From assembly GCA_041651115.1 (NCBI GenBank), contig JBAZJY010000005.1, forward strand, positions 6,405-70,404: a stretch of 64,000 nt of DNA. Reading direction: 5' to 3'. The stretch is from Candidatus Omnitrophota bacterium. GTDB taxonomy: Bacteria > Omnitrophota > Gorgyraeia > Gygaellales > Profunditerraquicolaceae. Made by a program: the position numbers and the translations under genes. The notes under the pieces are model-generated. The model was not told the origin of the DNA. It did no database searches and saw nothing but the letters and a program-made list of their open reading frames with translations. Positions 38,501 through 50,500 of the stretch are shown one piece after another (the stretch's first letter is position 1; each line of letters opens with the position of its first letter).

Positions 38501-41500
38501 ATTACCCGTTTTGGCGCGCACGCCGCAGTTAATCTCGTGGATATAGCTGCTACCGGTGCTCTTGTTTACAGCGCTAAGAAACTTATCATTGACCCTGCCC
38601 TATCTAAGATAGAATCAAGATTTGATTATAATAATAAAGATTTTAGCTATGCAGAGATCGCCATGCCGCACGTTTTTGATAAACATTCCACCAATGAAAT
38701 TGAAACCGAGTTGGATAAGGATGCTTTAACAAGTGGCAACCTGCAGTCTAAGAAGAAAGAAGACCCCGCCGGCAAAGGCTATATTTACAAGAACGAACAG
38801 ACCAGCGATTGGGATTATATTTTACTTACCGGTTTGCTGGTTTCCTCTATATTTAAGGTAGGTAAAGTAGCTGCCAAGTCTTATAAAGGCCCTGACTTAA
38901 AAGATCCCAGAGGATGGAAGGGCATTTGGCAGGAAGGCTGGAACCAGGGCATCTTGCGCGCAGGTTTGGAAAAAGAAACCTTTAAAGCCAGCTTCTCCAA
39001 GTTCCAATTGTCCAATACTCTGGCTACCCCGGCGATTATGGCTGCCGGCGGCGGCGCTTTACTGATGGCAGGCAAGTCAAAAGAGATAGAAAAGACCCCC
39101 TGGGGTAAGTTGTTCAGGTACGCTGGTACAGGTTTATTAGCTTACGGCTCTTTAAAATTAGTGGACAGTTTAGGTGGTAACTTAAGCCCGCTTCAGATAC
39201 ACCGCTATGCTATGGAGAATTTAAGATTCGGCAAGCTTGGCGCAGTAGGCAAAGGCGCAGCTTCGGTGCTGGCCGCAGGCAAATGGGGAGTTTGGAACTT
39301 TGCCACCCGTGGCACTTTAGCAAACATGTTCACGGTAATCGCTCCTTTATACGGCGTGGTTGAGCTGGCTTCTTTGTTGACCAAACGGACAATAACTCCT
39401 TCCGCCTTTACCCAGACAGAAAAATCTTTCTGGAACGCCACCCTTGGCGCATTCTGGCGCGATGCCGAGTTCTATAGCACGGTTACCGGCGAGCGCGTGG
39501 GTTATGATCAAAGCGATAAGAGCTCGGTGATCCTCTTACCCGGCACCGGCAATGATTTAAAATACCGCAAGGTATTACTTGATGAAAAAGGCGAAAGTAA
39601 ATGGAAATCGCTTAACCTCTTCCAAAAGGCCGTGCTTTCCGGCAGGCTGGCAGAGATCTCTTATTGCACCGGTTTATTCGGCGTTGATCCGGAAACAGGC
39701 TTGCCCAAGATTGATTCTTTCCAGGATAGCCGCTTAAAGACTTTTAAGGGATTCTTTAAGGCAATTGATAAACAGAACCTGCAATTCTCCGCGATCTTAG
39801 CCGTGTTCCAGCCGATTGCCAATGCGATTTTCTCTAACATCAAGAACATTAACGCCATTGGCGTGAAGAACTTCGGCAGGAAATTCCAGGCTATTGGTAC
39901 GGGTATGGAAAATGTCTTTAGCGCCGATGTTGTCTTAGGTAAGTCTCCGCGTTTTGCCAAGTCAAACCCGCTTTCCGGAGGCCAGTTATTAAATATGGTA
40001 GTTACCGGCACAGTTGAAGAAACCATCACTGAACAGGGCATCCAGATGGGCTTAAGCCTGATTCCCTTTAATTTCTTAGGCCCGCGCACCGGCCCGTTAG
40101 TCAGCGAAGTATTGCAGGAAATCCTTTCACCTTTTGGCGCAGGTTCGCCCAATTATATGTATACTCGCAAAGAAGCGATCAATTTCAACAATCAGAAACT
40201 CGTGCAGTTTGCCGAGCAGATGCTTGGTAGCCAGATCTCTGACCAACAGCGCAAGCAGTTAAGCGATAGCATGGCTACCCTGCAGAATAAAAAATCAGAC
40301 AAGAAAGCGCAAAAAGCTGCAGCAGAAGCTATTGTTAAGGTAGGCGAGCAGACCGCCAGCCTGGGAGACGCCAGAAAGATCAAGGCTCATGCCAAGTCAT
40401 TGGGGCTCCTTCAGAATTTAAAATCAAACACCGCGGAGGCCGTGGGCGATTGCCTGCTGCCGGTTGCGGAGCAATACGGCAAAGAACTAAACCGCGAATT
40501 TGAAGGTAGGCTAAAGCTGGCTTTTGGCGATAAGATAAAGATAGCGCCGCTTAAGGCCATGGGTGTTAATAAACTAATTAATAAGCTAACCGGGTCTCCT
40601 ACTCCGGCGCAGTATAACCCGAACCCTAACGGTAAAGATTATATTACTTTTGATATCGGCCAGAATTTCCTCTTTACCACCGATGAAAAAGGCAACCACG
40701 AAATAAAGCCGAGCATCATTGCCGTTTATAACATCATCCACGAAAATATCCACGGTATAATTAATCATAACAAGGAGGACCTTGATACATTCAAGAATAG
40801 CGTAGAATTCAAGGAACGCATGGGCCAGATTGCTGACTTCTTAGGTTATAAAGGCGCGGATAAATTAAAGATGGTAGATCTGGATATCAGCGAATGGAAC
40901 CCCAATGAAATGCTTACCCAGTATTACAGCATGCTTATGCTCGCCAGTTATGTTATTGAAGGCAAGCAGAAATACGGCGAAGATTACGGTACCGAGAATA
41001 TGAAAGACCTGATTGAGCGTACCTTGAACAAACATTTTGACAGCTTTACCGACTCTATGCAGGCTTTATTTGATATGGGCGAGGCAGGTTACGTAAGAGA
41101 GGCCGATCCTTATATAGTTAACCCCGAGTTTATGTCTAATGTCATTGATTTTGTGCAGTGGACCAACGGTAACATTGCCGTGCCAAGGCCTTTGGTAGGC
41201 ATTCCTGATGATGACGAGGTGGATAAACAGATAATGGACCTGCTTAAGCTTTCAGCAGATAAGCAGGAAGAGTTGCGCAAGCTGGGCATTGAGCCCGGAG
41301 AGCGTATTACCAATGCCACATATAAGAAACTCCTTTCGCTGCCCGTTGAGTTCGCGGGTAGGGTTGATGCTATTTTTGAGAAAGGCACCGATCAATTAAA
41401 GGACTATTACCACAAACTGATCAAGAAGGACAACGCAGATACCCGTTTAAAGATCGTTTCCAGGCTTGCCCCGTTCTTTTTAATGCCGGCAGTGTACGGA

Positions 41501-44500
41501 GGTATAGAATTGTTTGCGGGCAATAAGAGCCCTGTGCATAAGGATGTGCTTTTAGGCAGGATGATCTTTGAGCTTGATGCCGAAAGCAACGCAGAAGTGA
41601 AAAAAGAATTGGAAAGCCTTTATGCTCAAGAAACCGGCTGGAATATTGAAAAATTACGCGTTGAACCTAATTACGAAGTAATGGCAGGGAAAGTTTCCGA
41701 AGAAATGAATAAGGTGTTTGAGGAAAAGGGCATCAATATAAAAATTCATCCTAAAGAGCAGATGGACGAAGTTACGCGGGCAAAGGGCGTATTTACTCCG
41801 GCTGCGGCAAACGTCAGCGAAGATTCAACCGAAGACGTAAGCATAGACTTTGCTGCTGAAAGTTTATTTGACGCGAAGATGTTCCTTAAGGCCTATCTGC
41901 ATGACGGCCACCATGCCCTGCTTACAAGGATGGGGTACAAATATGTGGTGGATAAAATACAGGCCTTTGATGCGCTTCTGCATAAGGTAGCTTCTGAAGC
42001 AAAAGACAAGGAATTAGAGAGTCTGCGTAAAGATATAATGAAGTACTTCAGCGGAGAAAAGGTCAAGAATGAGTTTACTGAAGAAAAAGAAAGCTATGAT
42101 CATACCGTTGACGCTTTCTATAAGAACAAGATTGCAGGAATTGAAAACGACGAGGCACAAAAGAAGGCTTATACGAATGAGGAATTCGCGAAAGACCTGA
42201 AGATATTGAAGAATCGCATTACTACCAGCCTGCACCTTACGAACAATGGGGTAGTCTTGCCTCAGAATAAGAAAATAATTAAGCAGCTAGAAAAAGCGAT
42301 CAACACCGCAGAGCAAACCCCGAGCCTTTCTTTTGAACAGATGGAGAAGATAACCAGAGATTTAAGGGCTATGCCTTTGCGTAAGTCAGATTTTGGTATT
42401 TCTATTGAGCAGCTTGGTCATTTGAGCGAAGAATTATATATGCGTTCAGCCGCCAGGTCTTCCTATAAATATACGCCGGCAGTGGTTAATTTGATGAAGA
42501 AAGTCAGGCAATACGGGCAGCTGGAAGAATTTTTAGTCAACTTGAACGCCGAGATCGGCATGCCCAAGATAGAAAATGTCATTTCCTCACCGCTTAAGCA
42601 GGCCGAACCCAAAGATATTGTCCTGGCAGGCGCAATTGCCGCAATGACCGGAGGTAAAGTTGTTGGTAGAGGCGCTAATATAGGTAAGGGTAACGGCTTT
42701 GGCGGCGATATTAAGGTAAGTGAGCCAATAAAGCCTGCAAATAAGAAGCAAGATAAGGAATCTTCGCCTCTTGAAAGGCAGCAGCCGGCCAATGTTCCTG
42801 TGGTACCGTTCAACCTGCCTATAGTCAACGTGGTCTTTGGCCAAAACAGCACTGGCTGGGGCGCTTTAGTCAGCTTCCTGGGCCGCAGCCAAACAAAGGC
42901 ATTTTCATCCAGCCCCATGGCATTATATGAGGCTGCACAAGTCAATATAGAAGACATATTACCCCTTAAGTCCCCAGTTTTACACCTTTCAACCGGCGTT
43001 GCCCCGCCTGTTGGCGCCTTCTTGGCTAAACTTTTTGCGCAAGCCTTAGCCAAGGTTGCAAATATAGGCGCAAATATAGTAGAATTTATAGCAGAAAGCA
43101 GCACAGTAGTAGAAGCAAATGGCAACATTTGGGGTTCTTGGAGTCTGTTCGCCGAGAATACCAGAGAAGCAGAAGGTGTAAGCGAAAAAACCAAATATGC
43201 CAGCAGTGCAGTTAATGATTCAACCATAGAAGACGCACTCCGCGCCACAAGCAACGGAGTTTTGCCTGTTTCCAGCCCGATTTTAGCTGATAAAACCTTA
43301 GAAACCAAAGCACGTATGGCCAGGCTTTTGATGATCCTGATGAAAGCTCAGCTTAAATACCGTAAATTAGGCACAAGCCTCTTTTCCAAAGACGAAACCC
43401 GCGATATCTTCTTGGAATCTGCCGGTATTATCAGCGATACCTTAATGTCCACTGCCAAGAATATCAATGGTAAGACCGTCAAAGAAGAAGCGGTTGAATC
43501 CCTGGATCAGTGGTTAGAAGAAACAATACAGACCCTTGGCCTGGACGCTAAAGATTTAGCTGAATTAGAACATGACATTGTGGATGAAAATCCTGATAAT
43601 AACAAGAGAGTTGGTTCCAGGATTTCTGATATGCGCAATGGCCTTGGTGATATGATTGAAACCGGTATTGATGTCCTTGGTACAGTAATAGGAGCTGATG
43701 AGGGGTTAAGAAGGGCCCTTGCCCTGGAAGGAACTGATCCGGGAACTAAGTATATATTGAGACAGATATTAGATGAGCAGAAGAAGATGTCTAAGAAGCT
43801 CACTGAAGTAGAAGAAAAAGCAGTGGAAGCTAATATCCAGGCAAAAGTAGCAGTTAAGGGCGTTGTAAAATATTTGAATACCGATAACCCCGTTGACTGC
43901 TTAATCTTTTCTATCTATGCCTTAGTAGACAGAAAAGCCGGTGAAAAACTGGAAAATCAGATCCGTATGTTAAGGGCAGAAGGTAAAGAGGTTTCCTTAG
44001 AGACTGCGATAGAGATAGCCCAGGGTATATTAGGTGCGTTTGCTTTCTCCGAGGAAGCTTTACGTCAGATGCCGGAAGAATTACTGAGCAGGCTTATATT
44101 AATGAAGAAAGTCGGAAATGGTAAATATCACGCCTTTAATGTCATGGGTAGAGAGTCTAATGGCGATTTGATTATTTCTGAAGATAATGCAGCTGCGCGT
44201 ACTGCAATAGGAAGAACCGTTTCTTTAAAAGATTTAGCTACATATAATGGAGATATCGTTGTGTTAGGCCTCAATACAGAAACGGAAGCATTAGAAAATG
44301 AAGGCGCAAGAAAATTAAGTGATAAAGAAGTAAAAGAAATTTCTAAAGAGATAAGAGATATACAGGGTGAAGGTAATGGCGCAGGCGCTGGCAACGGCAC
44401 AAGCGGCACCGGCACCACCGGTACAGATGCAGGCGGCGCTGGTTCTTCCCCTGCTGGCAATGGCGATGATGATAACGCAAGAGGCGCATTCGTCGGTGTA

Positions 44501-47500
44501 AATGGCTATACCAAGAGCACTGCCAAAAAGCAGGATCGTATATCAATCGCTCCTTTGAAGATTACCGGTCATATTGGCGTTAATTACGTCGGAAATAATA
44601 ATTATTTTGCATACGCCATTTATCACAATAGAGGGGCAAATGTTGTTTACACTATGGTTGATCCTAAAGATGCAAGCAGAGATCGCCAGTTAATTAATAA
44701 CTTTGGCAAAGTATTTAATGTGGCGTTAGTAATGTTGACGAATAGCAACAAAGATGCTGATACTCGCAGCAACGAAACAACGACTACAACTACAACAGCA
44801 ACCACCGTCAATAACAATAACCGCAATACTACCGGCAACGGATCAAACAACAACGAGATTGCTTCGCTCGCTATGCTCGCTGGCAATGACAAGATCAATA
44901 TCAATAGCACCGGCTTAATCAATCACAGCATTTATCCTTATACTAATATTACCTTAATTAACCTGTATGAAACCGCTCCTCCGGCAGGCAATGCTATATC
45001 CTCTCCTGCCGCAGAAAATACCACCGTTGAAAAGACCTCATCTTCTATTAGAAAATTCGATCTTGCTAAAACCTCAATTAATTTTGTTGTTTCCCTGATG
45101 TTCGGTAAGGAAGAAGGCCGCGACATATCAAATGAATGGGCAGCGGAAAGAGATGCGCGCAAAGCCACAGCTAAAGCAAAGAAAGAAGAAGTTTCCCATT
45201 CCCAGAGCCGCAGGAATTTCATTAAATTAGCAGTAGGGGTAAGCGCAGCTGCCGCTACGGTTGGCTTGATTGGTTTGTCTGGACAGGATAAAGAAGAGGC
45301 TGAAACTGCAGCCGAAACGCTGCGTTACGGATTGTTGACTGACATAGCTAAATTTGAATCCGGCAACACCATTACCGAAGGCGTAGTGGGGATCACCTCC
45401 GGCTACCTGGGCACAAACGAGATCCAGGCTAATCAGTGCGTTGTCGTCCTTACTTACGATAGCCGCAGTAATAAAGTGGTCCTGGCGCATATATTCTCCG
45501 GCGCCACGGATGAGATGGAATATAACTCCTATGTTTATAGCCCGGATGCGGCAAAAACCCAGGTCAGTAACCTCGCCGAAGTATTAAGACAGAACAATAT
45601 TGATCCTAAGGCGCTCGTAGCCAACGCGATTTATGCTTATCCGGTGCTTTATACCGAAGCCTATAATGAAATTGAGGCTGCTGTCCGCATGGCTGCTTTT
45701 AAAGATGCGGTTATTGAAGCCTTGAATAGAGAATTCGCTTCCGCAGCGGAATTCAATTATAACCAGAATACTATAAAGGTAGATGTGACCGCTGGAGAAT
45801 TAAGCGGCAGCGTGTACACCGGCACTTTAAACGACCTCGCCGAATTTGATATCGCCAAAGACAGCAGCCTGACAATGAAGCAGCCCGGCAACAGCCTTGC
45901 TATCCTGCTGGCCTTATTTGCCGGTTCAACATTCTTGATGGGCGGGTTAGTTTCATATGCATACAACAAGTTCTCCAAGAAGGCTGCCAATTCCAGCTCG
46001 CCGATCGTGCCGAACGCCGAAGAAATAATCATCAAAAAGATGATGGAGCGTTTTACGGATGGAAAGATTAACGGGATCAAGATTGATACTCTCATCTGGA
46101 ATGTCAGGACCTATAACGCAAGCCAGCAAGCCCCGGCGAAATTCGTGAGCCTGGCCAAGCCTGCCAGCTCGCCTATAGATAACCTGCCGGTTAATGGCAA
46201 GAATATGCCGGTTGGCTTACCTATTAATACGGCTGTCGCGGTTTCCGTAATTGCGGCTAACGGCACTGACGCAAATAATGATTTTGTTCAGCAGGCATTA
46301 GTTGCCGATGCAAAGAATTTAAAGACCAGCTCTTCTGCTGATGCGCTTACTGATAACTTAGCGGAATTATTCAAACTGAAAGCAATTATAACCAGCATCA
46401 AGGCGCAGGGTCCTCCTGCCTTTGTTGGTATTGTTTCTGCTGTTAGTGGGTCAGTAACAGAAACGCAAACCAACAAAGGAGGAAGCAATGGACGCAAGAT
46501 TGAGAAGAGTAAGATTAGACAGGTTTCAGGAGGAAATGAGGAGCTTAGAAACACAGTACGCCATACGGGAACTGGAACTACGCCGGGAAGAGAGAGAAAT
46601 ACCCGGAGAGTTTATTATTCCGGAAATGCCGGAAACCAGAAGGATTTTGAATTAATATCAGGCGTTAAATTCGTCTTCATCAAAGCGTTATTCAGCCGCT
46701 TAGGCGCTTTAGTTGCGTTGTTGTCGCGCAACGAAGCAGCATTTCATATTGATTCTACAGGCCCACCTTTAACTACCAAGAGAGAAAATCGGAGAAACCT
46801 TTTAACCAGGCTGCAAGCTATACCTTCCGTGGCAGGAAATATGGCTGCAGCCATTGTTGTATTCGGGAGCGCAGTGGCCCTCCTCCGGGGACTGACCCCC
46901 ACTGTTGCTCCCGTTACAACTATTCAAGGAGGTGTAACATGTGTAACATACGGTTTGAAGAACTTGAACTCGATCATATTGTCGAGTTCACAAAAGATTC
47001 AACGCTCTTTGTGGCAGCGCGCGAAAGCGTCAGCGGTTACCTTAGGCTCTTTCTTGTTCACAGCGTTACCGGAAACGTTTATACAAGAAATGGCCGTGTT
47101 GATTCGTGGGAACAACTCTTCGGATCAAATCGCGATGCAGTTCTCGCTCGCCTCGTCTCCGCTCGCAACGGAAAGCACATCCCTACCTATAAGATTAACG
47201 GCTCCCATAACAATTAATTCGGGGGCCGTTAGTTCCTCTCCTGTTAACTTAAAGGTTGCCGGGTTTATGGTTGGCGTGTTAATGGTATTAAGTGTCTTGG
47301 CAGCCAATGCGCAGAAGTTTCATATCGTACAGAAAGGTGAGACCATTTGGGGCATTACCGGCAATAATTGGCCGGTTATTTACGAAAAGAATCCCCAGAT
47401 ACAAAATAGGCCTGGTGAAAGAGTCTACCGTAGCCAGAGTGGGGATATTTATATTAAAGGCAGCAAGCGGGAAGCGCCCAATGATTACGACTTGGTTATT

Positions 47501-50500
47501 ATCTACCCGGGCGATACGATTGTCTTTGAGCCTAATGCGGCAGTAGCCACCACAGTTGCCCCCGAAAACAAGCCTGTTGCTCCGGCGGTTGATTCAGCTA
47601 AGATAGAGGCCCAGAATAAAGCCAAACTTGAAGCCCAGAAAAAAGCTGAAGCGGAGAAGGCTAAAATCGAGGCTGAGAAAAGGGCTGAAGAACTCAAGAA
47701 GCAGCAGGCTTTGAAAGAGCAGGCCAGGCAGGACAGCATAGCCAGAGCAGATAGTATAGCCAATGCAAAAGCCGCACAGCAAGAACTGCTTCAGGAAGAG
47801 AAGCCGGCCGCTGATTCAGTAAATATCGCAGATTCCCTTGCCAATGATACCGTTTTAACCACGGTTGCCCAGGAGCCGGTTGATACTGTTTTACCTGCCC
47901 CTGCCCAGCTTCAGGCCAAGGTTGACGCCGGCTTATCCGCCAAGATTGACCTGTATTTATCCTATATTTTATGGCTGGTGCCGGTACTTCTTTTATTGGC
48001 CATTGCAAAGAGGATATTCGGCAGACGTAATATAACCAAAGTTGATCCAACAGAAAAGAAGATAGGACCCGTAGAAGAATCAAAGGATGAGGAAGAAGCC
48101 GAATTAAAAGCCCAGCAAATAGATGATGCTTGGAAGAAATTTGAAAAAGACAATAAGAAAAAGCTCAATAAAACCGCCAAAGAAACCAAGACCTCAAAAG
48201 CAGGCGATATGGATAAGGCTTGGGAAGATAAGGCAAGGGCTGAAGCAGATGAAAAGAGTAAGCTTGAACAGGAAATAGATGATTATGAGAGCGCCTCCGG
48301 CGTTAAAGAAATATGGGAAATGTTTAATGAAGCCGCGCCTGAGGAAAAGCAGGTAATTAATACCGCCAAGGCAGAAGCCTTGAAACAAGTTGGAGCGGCA
48401 TTAGAGAGCGCGGCGCAGAAGCTTAATGATAAAAAGGTTGATGAGTGTATAGCAGAATTAGAAGAACTTAGGGACAATCTCAAGGATATGCCTTTTGAAG
48501 AAGAGAGAAAGGCGGAGTTTATAAATGGTATAAATAACTCTTTGGCTTTGATAAAAAGAGATTTCAAGAAAACAGAAACTATTTCTAATAAAGATAATGC
48601 TACCAGTAAGGACAACACCGTTAAGCAGAATAAAGAAACCGGTAAAAAGATATTAAAGATCTTTAAGAAATTATTCACTCTTGTTGCGGTCATTGGTCTT
48701 ATTCTCGGTGCTTTCTACGCTGCCTATAGCTTTTTCCAGAATAATCGTTCTGCATTAGCAGGAGTTCCTGCTAATTCCGGCGATGTAACCAATAAGGTCA
48801 TAACCGTAGATAGCATCCCCAGCGTAAGCCTTACCTCATTTGAAGGCCTTGGAACGTTCACGTTTTTACCTGAAGAAGAGCTCAAAACCGGATTTGCATC
48901 AGAAGGCGATCAGGAAGAATTCTGGGCATTAGTCAACGGCGAAGTCGGCAGATACAAAGCTTCTATGGAGCGCCATAAGCAGACCAACGTGATCAACCGC
49001 ACTTATGCCGGCCGCCTGCAAGACCATGAGGTACTCTTTAATAACGCATTCAATAACCTCATTCGCGATAATAGGGCAATCTTCATTGATATAGGCCCGG
49101 GCGTAGGTAATGCAGAGGGCCCGACCACTTCCCTGGAAATTGCCAAGGCATTCTCCGGTTATGACTTTACGGTTGTGGCGCTTGACCTGCTCGAATCTGT
49201 AACGATGTTTAACGATGAAGTCAGCCCGGCAGTGCAGGAAAAATATCTAAGCCAATCAAACCTCTTTATTATCAGCGGAGACGGCCTTGAGCCGCTTAAA
49301 CAGCAGATAAATAGTCGGATTCCGGCAGTAGGTACCGATGATGTTGTGATCATCCGCGCTGCCAACTCCATAGACGTATACTTTGAGCGGCCGGTAATTG
49401 AAAAATGGCTTAGCAGCGTTGCCGAAGATTTCAGGGAACAGAAAGTAGTGCTCTTATTCAACCGGGCGATCCTCGTCAAAGACAATAACAGCCTGCAGTG
49501 GAATTTTACCGGAAAGGTTTCTTCAAGAGGCTTCAATCATAACAGCCGGGCAATAACGCCTTATGGCGCAGGGTATCCGGCTGCTTATGTTATCTTAAAT
49601 ACTACAAGCTCAAGCCCCTTAAAGGCCAGGAGCAAATTTAACGAATATCTTAAATACGGCCTGCTCATTCTGGCTTATATGAGTTATACGGGCTTGGCCC
49701 TTACCCTTTACAATAGCCTGCTTGTGGAATATATCGCCAGCCATATCTTGAACCTCTTGATTGTAAATTCAATCGTCGCCCTGCCGGTCGGCCCCTTAAG
49801 CAGCTATATCAACCAGAGCTATAAAGTGAATATTAAAAAGGAAACGCCGCGCATTGACCGCAGTAAGGTATTAAGCGTGCTTAAGGTATTTCCTTACTTT
49901 GTATTGATCTGGGGCACTCTCTGGTACGGCATTCTTCTGCCCATAATCCCCGCGGCAGCCATGCTTATCATTCCTGCGGTTTTCCTGGGGATTTACATAA
50001 AGCATTCCCGTGTTGGCATCTTCTCTGTAAAGGCGCTTAAGGCGACGCTTATCGCTGCTGCCGTCGGAACTTCAATATATCTGCTTATGCCTTTCATCCC
50101 GCATTATATTGCTACGGCAATGATCAACGAGCTGATCTGGTCTCCTTTATTATCTTACAGGCTGGCTTCCCTGCTTTTTAACTACCATGTGGAGAAGCGC
50201 ACGCTTAAACAGAGCCTCAAGAACGCTAGTAGCATAGGATATAAGATATACATTGTCACTCTTATCCCCTGGATATCCGTAATGTCCTTCGGCGCGATGT
50301 TTGAGCCTGTGACGACCTTTGTCATTGTTGAAGTAGCCACCCTTATTGAGAGTGTCTTCATACTTAGATGGATAGACGCGAATGAGATTAAAATATTTGA
50401 TTCGGTGGCCGGAAAGCTAAAAGGCATTACCAGCCGCCGCGGCGCGGTCATGACGACCGTTACTACCAGCTCGCCGGTTGAAGCGGAGCAGTTATTTAAG

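Noticed and set aside
42463-43308. 281-aa minus-strand ORF, and the many 60-175-aa minus ORFs from 29.5 to 64 kb
   Set aside because: All lie antisense to the single uninterrupted plus-strand giant ORF. None has an RBS or protein-like composition.
47292-47546. 84-aa plus-strand ORF in frame 0
   Set aside because: Over the same nucleotides the giant frame encodes a well-formed LysM-like module. The frame-0 product (..RRSFISYRKVRPFGALPAIIGRLFTKRIPRYK..) looks like an off-frame translation.
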